Below, in pieces: positions 44,357-56,753 of a stretch of 64,000 nucleotides of DNA. Numbering within the stretch: position 1 is the first letter of the stretch; every line of letters starts with the position of its first letter. The stretch comes from a cyanobacterium endosymbiont of Rhopalodia gibba (GTDB taxonomy: Bacteria; Cyanobacteriota; Cyanobacteriia; Cyanobacteriales; Microcystaceae), in contig CP067995.1 of assembly GCA_045159875.1 (NCBI GenBank), positions 2,080,001 to 2,144,000 of the forward strand, read 5' to 3'. The position numbers were made by a program, and so were the translations under genes. A model generated the notes under the pieces. The model did not search any database and was not told the DNA's origin. It saw only the letters and a program-made list of their open reading frames with translations.

Positions 44357-46913
44357 TATCTCAAAAATTAAGAGTTCGTTTATCTAGACTAACGCATTGC
44401 AGCAAAAGTAGAGGAAGTAGATATTATGTTCCTTCTAAATATCTAAAATAGAATTATTCTTTCTTATCTTAAATCTTACTGTTCTTACAAAGCAAGCAAA
44501 ATGATAAGTAAACAGTTTTAAATTTTATTTAAAAACTATAAAATAATTTTTATTTATATACAAAAAAAATATTTAATCATTTTTAAATAGTTTTATTGGG
44601 TCAATACTATGTAATTATTTATTTCAAATTAAGTATGATTATTTTATACTTTTATATTCAATTTTTTTTAGAAAAGAAAAGATATTTAAGTAAATAATTT
44701 TTTTTATATCTTTAATTTTTTTATCAAGCATTAAAAATGTCAAATAAAATTAATTTTTTTATTTTTTTTAATAAAAAAAATTGCCATTTTTTATGTTTTT
44801 TTATCTGTTATAAAAATTTTTTTTATTTTACTAAAATTTTATTTTATTTATATATAAATATAAATAAATACTTTTTTCATTAGAAATGATATTTTTAGAC
44901 ACGAATTAACTCTAAAAAATTTTGCCATTTTAATGGTGTTAACTTAATTTGTAAAAATTAGAAATACTAATATTTAGTGAGCACTTTTTATAACTATTTT
45001 TTTAGTTTACATTGATTTTAATTCATTTTTTTACTCAATTAGTATCGAAGTTAAACTCTAGTAATAAAAAAATATTAACTAATATTTTTTTATTACTAGT
45101 AAATATAAAAAATATTTTTTTAACAGATTCATTAAACTATTCGGCAAATAAATTATATCTTTTTAAAATTCACTATTACAAGCTCATAACAAGAAAAATA
45201 TTTTTTTTTATATATAATAAGTCTATTATTTTTCTAAAATAAAGTCATAAAAAAAATATTAAAAATTATTATTCTTGTTTAAAACAAATAAAATTGATAT
45301 TTTATTTGATCTTTTATAGTAAATTATATAGCTAATAGACTAGATAATATTTCTCTAGAATTTAATGCAAATAAACTTTGTATGTAAAATTAAAAACATA
45401 GAAAAATCTAATTTTTAATAATAAATTTGTAAAAATAATTATCATATATACAATAATATATATATATACAATAATATTTTTTTGAAAATAGAATTTCAAT
45501 GAAATAGATATTGTTTTTTGATTGATATCTATAGCGTTAAATGTTTAAAAAATTAGATTATATATTGAAAATATTTAACAAATATACATTGTTAAATATA
45601 AAATAAAATAGAAATGTACTCAACATAAACTCTTATTTATTGTGGTTAAACAAGTAGTAAATTTAATTAAAATAATGAGTTAATTGTTATAGATTTGTCT
45701 TTGAGAGAAAAAGTTTTCTACTTTAAAATAAATCTTTACACACAAAATGTAATTTATTTATAAATAAATTTACATAAAAGTTAGCTTTTTTTAAAAAAAG
45801 CACATATTTTATATATTTAAATATTTTTAATTAAAATTTTATAAATATAAAAAAATGCGGCAACTCTTTAAAAAATAAAAACAATACTTAAGAGCATTAA
45901 TTAGACAATATATAAGTATGAATTTTAATATTTTAAATAGTTAACACTCAATTAAATTATTTTAACTAAAAGAAAAATAATTTAATATTTAATATTAGTA
46001 TATTTAAAGAAATTAAAAGAGTAAGTAGAGAAATAATACGAACATAGAAATAGCAATGAATAGTAAAAGACTCAAAAAATAAATTTTTATTTTATTTTTT
46101 TAAAAAAATTATATTTTTAGTTACTTGATATGAATAAAATTTTACTTTAAAAAATTAGATAAACAAATAAAGCTAAATTAGCAACATAAAGCCTAACTAA
46201 TTAGGCATAAAATACACTAATTTAAAACCAATTCAAATTATTTTTAATGGTAGTTACCAGGATTATTAAAGTTAGCTAATTAATATCAAAGAATATACAT
46301 TATTCCTAATATAGGAAAAATAAACGTTGAACTAAATAAATTACTGTCTATTTTTCTTGATAAACAAACCCAGGCATAGTAGAAGGTATTAACAATAAGT
46401 GATTTATCAAAATAAATTTATTGATTCCATTTAATAACTTAATGAGTCATCTTCAGTAAAAAACTTAATTCTTGCCAACTTCGTTTAAGTCTTGATTATA
46501 TTAATTTAATATAATTAAATTATATTTTTTTTATATATTTTCTATAAATTTTAGATTCTTAAAGTCTTTTAAGTGAACGATTGTTCTCTATTTCTAGACT
46601 TTCAACTGAATAGTATTTTTTATTTAAAATTATAGTTTTTTAGTCATCTTTGTCATTAAACTCAATATCTCATATGAACGATCACAGCCTAAATATTTAA
46701 ATTTAGCTATCGGAACTTGTATTTTGATAATTTCTTTTTTTTATTAGCTTTCTACTTTTTATTCTCAACGCTCAAGCGATCACTTTATGCTTTCACACAC
46801 CTCATGTTTAAGTTTGTTTTTTAAAGTGTGACTCTTACATCCACAATCATATTTTTTAAAAAAAGTTCGACATAAGAATTTTATTTAGACAATCAGAAAA
46901 AAAATGAAGGTAT

Positions 46914-46950
46914 AAAACTCTAATTTTTTTGACGATAAAATTAGAGTTTT
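46914..46950. repeat. inverted repeat, 14-bp arms
   Basis: AAAACTCTAATTTT ... AAAATTAGAGTTTT. Confidence 0.75.
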
Positions 46951-48361
46951 GACCTTTAAACTTGGTATAAATCTCTTTATAACCTTGAAGACGTACTCAA
47001 ATGCAATTACTGAATCTATTAGTAGAACACCAGCTTTTTTTTGACCTTGAAGATAGATTAAGACAAGAACTTTATTACAGCCTTAACTATAAATATATTT
47101 TTTGTCCCTAGCAGGATATTATTTTTTTCTATTTTCATACAAAACTTCATACCATACAACAAAAAATTTCTTAAAATTCTATTTGTACATTCTACAAATT
47201 ACAGAATTTTTTTTATATAATTATTTTTATTTAAATATTTTAGAAACTAACTTCTTCCATAAATAGGGAATAACACCCATGCACCCGTTATCTGTCTCCT
47301 ACTCAAAATTATAATGACCTGAAATAAATTTAACCTAAGATAAAAGAATTGGACTCTGATTTTCCATTTCAGGTCGTTATAATCAGATCTCAAATTAGAT
47401 TCTCTCGCATAATTAACTTTTACAAAATATATAAAAAATAGTTAACAACTGATCTTCAGTCTAAACATTAAAATTTAATTTGTAAACACTGAATCTAGAA
47501 TTGTTATGCTAATCACAATTTAAAAGCATTTGCGTTCATAGTAAACTTCTTTACTTGCAGCCTATATTACTAATTAACTTAGTAGTTAATTGGACAAATT
47601 ACGTACAATATTTGTCTTGATCATTAGTAGCTATGACTCCTACATCAGAAATTCTAAAGCTTGTTCTTGATTTATTTTAACCGCTGCATCTTACATCTAC
47701 TTTATTCTTAACTGTTACGTTAAGCTTAAATTGGTAAATTTCGACTTCATATAGACCTCTTAAAAAGAATCAAAACTTCATTCGTCCTACCCTAATAAAG
47801 TTAATCTCACAAAGGTATTTTTTTAACATAACGCAATGTAACTAAAGCTTAACAAAATACCTAGCTTATAGGTTTTCAACTGGACGAATTTTTAGTTTTG
47901 ACAGTTTTCTGTACTAAATTAATAACCTCTATGAGTTGATATAACACACACCTAACATTATTTTTAGCAAGATCTTTTTTGAAATTTTACTCAGCACGAA
48001 CGAAATATTAAGTATATCTACTCGAAAAATCAGAAAATTTGAATAACTTTCTTTCAAATCATTTGACGAATACTGTAAAGAATCTGTAATAATCTAAGAG
48101 GGCAGTGTATTTTGAAGTCCCTATTCATTGGCAGAACTGTTCAAGATTGAAACAAAATCGTCAGTGATCACCCCATCAGCACAGTTAGAGGTAAGGCAAT
48201 TTTGACAGTACAAGCCAATATTACTAACGACAATCTGGGTTTTCTGGAAATGCGTCTCCGGAAAATTTCTGGAGAGATTTTTACGTAAGTCATATTCGAT
48301 ATGGCTGAGTCAGTGCTAAACCAATGAGTTTTTTCTAAACCAATCAATGGAGATATGTCCT

Positions 48362-48832
48362 ATGCCCATTCGTTTATATGTCGGTAACTTACCCAAAGAA
48401 CCTATCGAACGCCAAGCTTTACAAGAAATGTTTGCTGATGCTGGTGAAATCATGTCCACAAAAGTAATTAAAGATCGCAAAACGGGAAAATGCCGAGGGT
48501 TTGCTTTTGTCACTGTAGCCACAGATGAATTGGCTGATGCGTTTATTGAGAAATATAACGGTCAACCTTTCATGGACAGTTCTCTCAAGATTGAAAAAGC
48601 CCTACCGAGAGCTAAAAATACAGGCAAAGAAGAAACCCAAGAGGAAAACTTGACCCCAACTTCGGCTTCGGCTCCGTCTCCGAAGTCATCAGTGAAAAAA
48701 GATGGTGCAAAAAAACGGTCTCGTACTCAAAGCAGTGGCAGTAGTCCCTCTGGCGATAGTTTTCAACCTGATCCCCGTTGGGCTGATGAGTTAGCTAAGC
48801 TTAAAGAAATGCTGGCTACTTCATCTAATTAG
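48362..48832 (+). CDS. RRM RNA-binding protein (Rbp3-like)
   Basis: RNP2 LYVGNL, RNP1 RGFAFV; C-terminal QPDPRWADELAKLK typical of the longer cyanobacterial Rbp class. Confidence 0.88.
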   Translation: MPIRLYVGNLPKEPIERQALQEMFADAGEIMSTKVIKDRKTGKCRGFAFVTVATDELADAFIEKYNGQPFMDSSLKIEKALPRAKNTGKEETQEENLTPTSASAPSPKSSVKKDGAKKRSRTQSSGSSPSGDSFQPDPRWADELAKLKEMLATSSN

Positions 48833-48954
48833 AAGAATGTTAGGGTAAAGGATGGGTTGATAAACAATGATTGATTAAGTAATTACTCATCCTCTATTCT
48901 TGAAGTTGAAATCTAAAAACCCAGATAAATAGTCTGCTGTTAAGGAGTTTAGCC

Positions 48955-49665
48955 ATGTCAATGACCAATGATCCTGTTGTGCTCATGAAACAAGAGGTGG
49001 GAAAGGCCGCCGTTGCCCGTGTTCAATCTGATTCCATTGTCGGGTTAGGCACAGGCTCGACGACAGCCTATGCCATTCAATACATTGGAGAACGCCTCAA
49101 ATCGGGAGATTTAAAAAATATTGTTGGGGTGACGACTTCCTTTCAAGGAGAAGTCCTAGCCAGAAAATACAATATTCCCCTGACTACCCTTGATGTGATT
49201 GATCACATTGACATTGCAATTGACGGCGCTGATGAAGTTGATCCGCAGAAAAATTTAATTAAGGGAGGTGGTGCTGCTCACACTCAAGAAAAAATAGTAG
49301 ATAGCTTAGCCAGATTTTTTATTGTGGTAATTGATAGTAATAAGCTAGTAGATAAATTGGGCTCAACTTGTCTCTTACCCGTAGAAGTAATCCCCAAAGC
49401 GTTAACTCCTGTTATGCGTCAATTAGAACAACTGGGAGGAAAACCAGAACTCCGAATGGGAGTCAAAAAAGCTGGACCTGTGATTACAGATCAGGGAAAT
49501 CTAGTTATTGATGTCAAATTTGAAGAGATTAACAAGCCAGAAATCTTGGAAGTTACCATTAACAATATTCCAGGGGTACTAGAAAACGGTTTGTTTGTTG
49601 GAATGACTGATTTGGTCTTAGTAGGAGAAATTATCAACGGTAGGCCGATAGTACGGGAACTATAA
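48955..49665 (+). CDS. rpiA: ribose-5-phosphate isomerase A
   Basis: [30 protein letters not shown]. Confidence 0.96.
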   Translation: MSMTNDPVVLMKQEVGKAAVARVQSDSIVGLGTGSTTAYAIQYIGERLKSGDLKNIVGVTTSFQGEVLARKYNIPLTTLDVIDHIDIAIDGADEVDPQKNLIKGGGAAHTQEKIVDSLARFFIVVIDSNKLVDKLGSTCLLPVEVIPKALTPVMRQLEQLGGKPELRMGVKKAGPVITDQGNLVIDVKFEEINKPEILEVTINNIPGVLENGLFVGMTDLVLVGEIINGRPIVREL

Positions 49666-50284
49666 ACTATAGCTGCTTTTTCTTAATTAACATCGATCCC
49701 CCCGTTTCTCACAAACGAGGGGAGCTGTGCCGCTGAACTGTTCTTTAGTCTATGTCAAGACAATCACATTTAATAGAATTTGTGTGTCATGGAGGATAAA
49801 CAGTAAAAATTAAAATTGTAAAAAAAAATATTTATCCCCGATTTGAGGACATCAAGGACCAAAAGATTTCCAATTTAGATAATAACTCCGTACATCTTGA
49901 TAAAGATAAAAATTATAAACATCAAATAATCCTGTAATTGTGCAGCAAGTAGTGCTTATAGTCGATATTCCTTGAATCAATAGACTTAAATAGGATAGCT
50001 ATCATCAAAACCCTCAGCAGTTCTGCTGTTTATAGTTAACTAGGCTCAGTAACTCCAGCAAAAAACCGAAATATTTCATATCCTTATTAAGGATTCTGGC
50101 GGATATTTATCAAGTAATAGGCTCGAACTTGGTTCATTGTCTGTCCGATGATATTTATAAAATCCAGTCTAATCTTGATAGAAGATTATGGTATAAAATC
50201 GATTTTATCTGAGTTATTTGAACTTTATGGGAGATAGGAGAACTTTTTCATCGAGTATAGACCCTCCCTGTTCTGTGATCTCTG

Positions 50285-51647
50285 TTATTTTGAAGTACTT
50301 TCTGTTCTCACGGTCAACACTTGAGGGGGAGTAGCATCAGGGGAATAGAGAAAATTTGTCCTGACCAGTTTCCATAGTTTTGGAAAAATCGTTTGTTTAA
50401 CAAGGGGTTTGCCAATTTTTTTATATGTTGAACGATATGAAAATAACGGGTTTGCCAAGTCTGCATTTGATCAAGATAAAAGATAACGGACGCTAATTGG
50501 TCCCCGAAAAAAAACTGTAAAGTAGGGAGATCAAGGAAACTTAACTCTCCAATTAGTTTATCCCGTTAAACGGGAGTTTGTAATGTCACTGTAACTGCTT
50601 GAGGGTTTACAGTGGGGTTATAAAAAGAGAGTGTCAGGCTATAGTGTATTACGTAATTACCATGAACTTGATAAGTGGTGTTAGGATAACAGACTAACAT
50701 AGAAGAACTTTCCACTTGCTTGGTACCTAGAGTTTTTCCTTGTAGAGAGCTTAATCGCTAAGAGATAGCTGAAGCTTCAGGAGGAATGGCTAACCAATTT
50801 CCTCGATTTGTTCGTCTTCCTTGCCAGATAGAGCCTTGAGAGACACCTACCACTTGACTACCACTCGACTATAAATCATGGGTTCAATTCCAGGGGAAGT
50901 CACCAAATTTCTATTTTGTAGAACTATTTTCCATTCTTGTGGAGTAAGTTGTCGTTCTTCTCCATTTTTATCAAAAGGAGCCAATTTCGCTAAACTTGCT
51001 ACATAGACATTACCATTAGTATCAAAACGAACATGAGCAGACCGTCCGTTTAAAAGAAGATCTAGAGCTTTAACAAAAATAAGCAAATTCACTTTCGACT
51101 TTGCCTTCCATCAATGAGCAAATAAGGAGGAACAATGTTCTGGCAGTGACGGCGTAAAATATCCCTATCCCTCATTACACAACTTCCAGCCCCTGCATAC
51201 AGAATTCCCAATTCCCAGGGAATCTTTGTCCTGAGACGGTAATTTGACAAATGGAGCATCAGTTCGACTAAGATAACTAGCTCCGTGGAGAATTTTCAGG
51301 TTAATCTGGGTCTTGTGGGTATTCTAGAGTAGAATCCTTAAGTATAGAGTACTTAAATTATTATAAACCTGGGCTTTTGCTATATGCTGGAAAAAATATC
51401 GAATGTTCCAGCATATAGCAAATTTAAATGGGCATTTCTATAGGTTTTCCCTTGAGGAGAAAAGGTGTACAGTAAAATTCCTTCATTTAGCACTAATTTA
51501 GGACTATTACTATTAAAAAACGGAATCCAATTTAACTTTCCAGGTAAAAGATAAACCTGGTGAGGTTGAACAGTCTCTTGAGAAGACTCAGAGGAAATCA
51601 GAGGAGTTTAGGCAAAGATTAAGAAAGGGAATTACTATTTTATGCAT
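50285..51647 (-). pseudogene. DUF3370-family protein pseudogene
   Basis: Colinear fragments LPGKLNWIPFFNSNSPKLVLNEGILL, AHLN, GASYLSRTDAPF, LNGRS, YPNTTYQVHGNY, TRYFHIVQ, FLYSPDATP; stops and frameshifts; includes ORF 50847..51092. Confidence 0.8.
51376..51422. repeat. perfect inverted repeat, 17-bp arms, inside the DUF3370 pseudogene
   Basis: TTTGCTATATGCTGGAA (13 nt) TTCCAGCATATAGCAAA. Confidence 0.9.
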
Positions 51648-52404
51648 CCAAACTTTTCACGCCACTTTTTGAAGTAGGTGAAAGATTTATGGATAAATAT
51701 TGTCTAACTGACGGTCAGATTTTTGGGTTTATCAGGACATTATCCTAAATAAAATTCTAACAATGCTTAAAATTACAATAAAGTTTTAACAGTAATTATT
51801 TAATTAGGGAATTTTACAGTAGAGTGGCATTATCCTCATGATATCGCTCCAATGTCATCTTCTATCTTCTTAATAGTTATTAGTCAAGTTAACTCTAGAC
51901 TAGGGTAGTAATGTCTTGATGACTATTTATTAACCGCTGATGGTTAAGTATTTCCAGTAGACTCAACTTATTGATCTACAACTAATGGATCGAGTAACTA
52001 GTATCCCGACAAGGAAACCTTCAATCGGGACATTAGCCTCTGAAATTCCTAAATAAGTTTTAAAACTTAACTCTAACCAGACTTATCCACTTTTCTCTAG
52101 GAAATGGCTGACATTAGTAACTAATGAAGTTCTCTATCAACTTAGAGCTGATAGTCTAATGTTTAACTTAACCACATAGGGTTAACCAAGGTTCTATGTA
52201 AAGGGAAATATGGACCAAAGTATAGTCAATATCAGAGAAGTGATAAGACCATCTCCCGAAACTTATGGCTAAACTTGCGTAGCTAACGTTTTTACCTTAA
52301 TATATTTCTCTGGGAGCAAGAGAAATCTTTTTTGACGTTACCTCCTAAGAACTTGAATACCATTCAAAATTTATTAGACATTAGAGATTAACTTCCATTA
52401 GCTC

Positions 52405-52434
52405 TAATTTACACATATTAATATGTGTAAATTA
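52405..52434. repeat. perfect 30-bp palindrome with no spacer
   Basis: TAATTTACACATATT | AATATGTGTAAATTA. Confidence 0.9.
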
Positions 52435-53734
52435 ATATGTGCAAGAAAGCATTTACGTCCCTAATAGACTTCTATTACTAGACTTTAATGATGCTTACTG
52501 GGGTAATCATCCATATGTTTAGCCCTTACTCAAACAATACGGTTCAATACGGTTATTCGACTGTATTCTTAGTGCTTATCAGGCAAATGGAAGATAAAAA
52601 TAAACAAGCCGATTCAACCCGGCCACAACCTTGAAAAATGACTAACAATTTGTTAGTAACTATTGCTTTTTAAGACTATAAGTCATCTCCCTTATTTAAG
52701 GCAGTTGTCAGATAATTAACTATTTCGGCAAGTAATTAACTCTAAAAAAATCTTAAATAAGAATTTAAATTTCCTATCTGTTATTTTACCTATTCTAGAG
52801 AAAGAGCAGAACGTTCGTTAGTTTTAATTAGTAATTGCTTGGCTAAATTTATTTTTTTTCTTAATTTCAATAAACTCTTAATAGATGCCTAAGTTAAATT
52901 AAATTCCAAATAACTAGTAAGATGTGTTTTTGTAAAAGCTGCCCAGTCGGTGATGTCTATGAAGCACAACCTGTAAAAATTTTGGTAATTTGTTTGATTT
53001 TACTATACTTAGACGTCGAGCTTTCTGAGGGATTAATCAATCGAGACAGTCCATAATTGGAGTCTTTAAAAATTCAGTGAATTTGAGAAGTAGTAATGTT
53101 TAGATTAGGGGACAAGTATCTTCTTAGGTTATTAAAGAGAATCTTTAGTTTGTTATATTCCTCGTCCTATCTTCCATATGGTGATATTTATATCAGGAAT
53201 TCTCACCTCAGTAAATTTGGTAGAACCACACTTATTAGAAAAGAATCGATAAAATGAATTCCTGTAAATTGTCCTTTGCGAGTAGGTAGAGAACAGTACA
53301 GTAACACCATTGCCTAGGGTATAAGCTCTACAAAACTATGATAGCCGACCAAATTGAAAAATACTTTTTCTTAATAGATAAGTATCTGTAATGTATAACT
53401 CCTTTTAAAGGTTCAATATCATGACCAATAACAAGCGATTACAATAGTCACAACTTTACCTATTTTTCAATAAAAATGGCATTTTTTTCTTAAAATGCTA
53501 TCAATTAAAGAACAGAATAACAATGTTACTCAATTGATAAAAATCATCTAGATAACTAAAAAATTCAGTAAACTAGAAATGAGATTGTATGTCTATAGTA
53601 CCAGACCTCAATAGATTTAGTTTCTCTTTTTCTGTTTAATTTTTTATCAGAAAATCAGCTTTCAAGTTTGATATTCAATTTTTTAGTCTAGCTAAAATAT
53701 TTGTGTTATATTAGCCGGGATTAAAAAACAGTTA

Positions 53735-55075
53735 CTAAGCTAAATTACCTGTCAAACTAAACGCACGAGTTTCAGTAATTCTCACTTCAACAATTTGACC
53801 TTTTAATTGATTAATATTCCCCCTAAAAAAGGTTAAACGATTACCCTGAGTTCGCCCCATCACTTGGGTTTTATCTTGTGGGTTTTGTCCTTCTACTAAT
53901 ACCTTTTCTATACGTCCTAAATACCGTTGTGATCTTTCAGCAGCTTTTTGTGCTACCAAATGATTGAGACGTTGTAGGCGCTCGCTCTTAACGTCTTCAC
54001 TTAATTGATTCTCCCACAAGGCTGCAGATGTTCCAGGACGGGGAGAGTAAGCTGCTGTATTGAGTTGATCAAATCCAATATCAGCGACCAATTTTAAAGT
54101 CTTCTCGAATTGTTTTTCTGTTTCCCCAGGAAACCCCACAATAGCATCAGCACTAATGGAAGCGTCGGGCATAAGGTCCCGAATTTTAGAAATAATTCGG
54201 CGATATTTCTCTTGGGTATAGCCACGTTTCATAGCTTTGAGTATTTCATTATCTCCTGACTGAAAGGGAATATGGAAGTGTTCGCATACCTTAGATAACT
54301 CTTGACAAGCAACTATTAAACGTTCGGTAAAATAACGAGGGTGACTTGTCGCAAAACGAATGCGCTCAATTCCAGGAACATCATGAACAGCATAAAGTAA
54401 ATCTGTTAGGGTGTGTCGATGTCTGCCTGTTTGTAGCACTCCCGGTAAGTCTCGTCCATAGGCATCAATGTTTTGTCCTAAGAGGGTAACTTCTTTGTAT
54501 CCTTGTTTTCCTAAAACTTTTATCTCTGTTAGAATCTCTTCTGAAGTTCTCGACTGTTCCACACCACGTACAGTAGGAACCACACAATAAGTACAACGTT
54601 CATTACAGCCATAGATAATATTAACCCAAGCAGTAATCATACTTTCTCTACGGGGTTTTGTAATATCTTCAACAATATAGATGGGTTCAGTTGCAACTAC
54701 TTGATTCCCCTCAGATACCTGTTGTAGTAAATCTTCTAGACGATTAGCGTGTTGGGGTCCCATCACTAAGTCTAATTCAGGAACCCGACGTAGGATTTTT
54801 TGTCCTTCTTGCTGTGCGACACAACCAGCCACTACTAAGGTTAAACTGGGGTTTTGATGTTTTCGTTTGGCCTGTCTTCCTAAGTACGAATAGACTTTCT
54901 GTTCGGCATTATCCCGAATAGTACAAGTATTGTAGAGAACTAAATCAGCGTTGTCAGGATTTTCCGACCAAATGAAACCTATGTTTTCGAGAATACCTGC
55001 CATGCGTTCTGAGTCAGCTTTGTTCATCTGACAGCCAAAGGTAGTTATGTGGTAGTAACGTTGGGAAGAAGCCAT
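53735..55075 (-). CDS. miaB: tRNA (i6A37) methylthiotransferase
   Basis: [27 protein letters not shown] radical-SAM motif, [16 protein letters not shown] domain. Confidence 0.96.
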   Translation of the reverse strand: MASSQRYYHITTFGCQMNKADSERMAGILENIGFIWSENPDNADLVLYNTCTIRDNAEQKVYSYLGRQAKRKHQNPSLTLVVAGCVAQQEGQKILRRVPELDLVMGPQHANRLEDLLQQVSEGNQVVATEPIYIVEDITKPRRESMITAWVNIIYGCNERCTYCVVPTVRGVEQSRTSEEILTEIKVLGKQGYKEVTLLGQNIDAYGRDLPGVLQTGRHRHTLTDLLYAVHDVPGIERIRFATSHPRYFTERLIVACQELSKVCEHFHIPFQSGDNEILKAMKRGYTQEKYRRIISKIRDLMPDASISADAIVGFPGETEKQFEKTLKLVADIGFDQLNTAAYSPRPGTSAALWENQLSEDVKSERLQRLNHLVAQKAAERSQRYLGRIEKVLVEGQNPQDKTQVMGRTQGNRLTFFRGNINQLKGQIVEVRITETRAFSLTGNLA

Positions 55076-55647
55076 AGCGTAGGTTGCAGACTAGATATTT
55101 TTTAGAAGAGTCCAGCTCTCCATTATAAGCTGTTCATCATTTACATGACTTGTCAGAGAAACTAAAATGGATGAAATTAACTAAAATCAGACAGAAAGTA
55201 CATCAAACTTTAAATTAACTTTCAGTGAAGAATATCAACAACTAAGACGGGAAAGATCGCAAATAGTGTAATAGATCTTAGAAAGAATCATTTTTGTATA
55301 TACGTTTAGAATTTCTTTAATTTATTATGGGCTTTTTCAGAGTCGGGGGTCTTAATCGACCCGCAATCTAAGCGGTACAAGCATTATTTTCAAGATTAAC
55401 TAGTCCGGTTAAAAGATTGTTCTACTGTAGAGATTCTACTTTATGGATACATCAGTAACTGGGAGAAATTTAAGTTGTTTGTTGTCTGAGTAGCTAGTTG
55501 TGAGTGTTCCCGGAGAAAAGAAGAATTGCTTAAAAGCAAAAGTAGAGAGTAGCATAAGAGCCTACTCTCTAGCAGATTAACCGAATCAAATAGGAAAAAA
55601 AGAATCACATAATCATAATTGAAATGCCCTTTTCCTGAAATCTGAGA

Positions 55648-56343
55648 TTATTCCACAACAGGAGGTAATTCCTCAACAGCAAGTTCAGGACCACCAATCC
55701 CTTCGGCAATACCGCCAGAAACACCAATTTTGAACTGGGTTAGGGTTGTAGCTGCTTGCTGTGCGTTTTCAGGCTTGAGGGTGAAAATTACGTTTCTAGT
55801 GGACGCATTTTCGGGATCATGAGAAAGGAAAATCACCCGTTCTCCATTGACTTTCCCTACTAAGCTAGATTCGCTGAGTTGTGCTACCTGTTCGGGGGTA
55901 ACTAAACCAAAGGCGTAGGAAAGATTGGTTAAGCGAGCACTAACAGTCTGACAACGACTTTCAGGAATGTAAGCTCCATCAGGATGGCTGGAAGGCAGGG
56001 TTGCTGTCCAAACCATCATGGGCTGGCTATCCAGACCGTACTCAGCAGAAATATCCTCCGTGGTATAAACAGGGTAGTGATCAGGATCCATTGTTTCCCG
56101 TACTGCTTTTTCCACAGTTACGTAGCTTCCATCCCCTTGAGCTTCACAGGTAAAAACAACCTTTTCTTGAATATGGGGAATCACTGCGCGGTTGCTGTCC
56201 CAATCTACACTAGAAGGAAATCCTTCTGAGACCATGTTGTACTGGGGATATTTAGGATGAGCTTGGGCTCCAGAAATTGTGCTTAGTAAACCAAGAGTGG
56301 CTAATGCACTTGCCGCAACAACTTGAACTGAATTGTTAACCAT
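55648..56343 (-). CDS. cop23: circadian oscillating protein COP23 homologue (exported)
   Basis: Signal peptide ending AQA; VFTCE, PESRCQTVSARL, GKVNGERVI, VIFTLKP COP23-domain motifs; GGAGG RBS. Confidence 0.75.
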   Translation of the reverse strand: MVNNSVQVVAASALATLGLLSTISGAQAHPKYPQYNMVSEGFPSSVDWDSNRAVIPHIQEKVVFTCEAQGDGSYVTVEKAVRETMDPDHYPVYTTEDISAEYGLDSQPMMVWTATLPSSHPDGAYIPESRCQTVSARLTNLSYAFGLVTPEQVAQLSESSLVGKVNGERVIFLSHDPENASTRNVIFTLKPENAQQAATTLTQFKIGVSGGIAEGIGGPELAVEELPPVVE

Positions 56344-56753
56344 TTTGACCTCCAAAGAGTGTAAGAAGCAGTGATTAATAGCTACTGCTATATTTTTATA
56401 GAACTTCCCATTAGCTAAAAGGCCTCAGGATAGTTCCACTTCCTCACCTCACACATGACATCGTACAGGTCGTCAATCGTCGCGCTTTAACCTACGCGCC
56501 TTGTCTATAACTATAGACATCCTAACCTTATCATTATGTTCAAAGCTTACAGTTATAGCATTATTTTACAATTGAGTTAAGCAACTAAAATTTTCCTTCT
56601 TGAATCAATTACTATAACTAATTAAGTAATCCAAGATCGGATGCTAGTGCACAGAAAATAGATCACTTAAAAAATTAATATTGACTTTAAAATTCAAGAG
56701 AAAGAAGATAGAATTTAGAAGTTAAATTGATTTCAAGCTGTTAGAGAAATCTT

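Noticed and set aside
7509..45242. AT-rich ORFs 7509-7712, 33518-33709 and 45012-45242
   Set aside because: Composition dominated by F/I/K/N/L as expected from random AT-rich DNA; no RBS or motifs
32783..51092. ORFs 32783-32974, 34610-34819, 34659-34850, 42140-42349 and 50847-51092 as stand-alone genes
   Set aside because: They are shards or off-frame reads of the NifU-Rieske, psbO, psbA and DUF3370 pseudogenes
7113..52434. Palindromes as a MITE/REP family or CRISPR repeats
   Set aside because: The arms share no sequence, I saw no target-site duplications or regular repeat-spacer period, and there is no cas or transposase gene in the window
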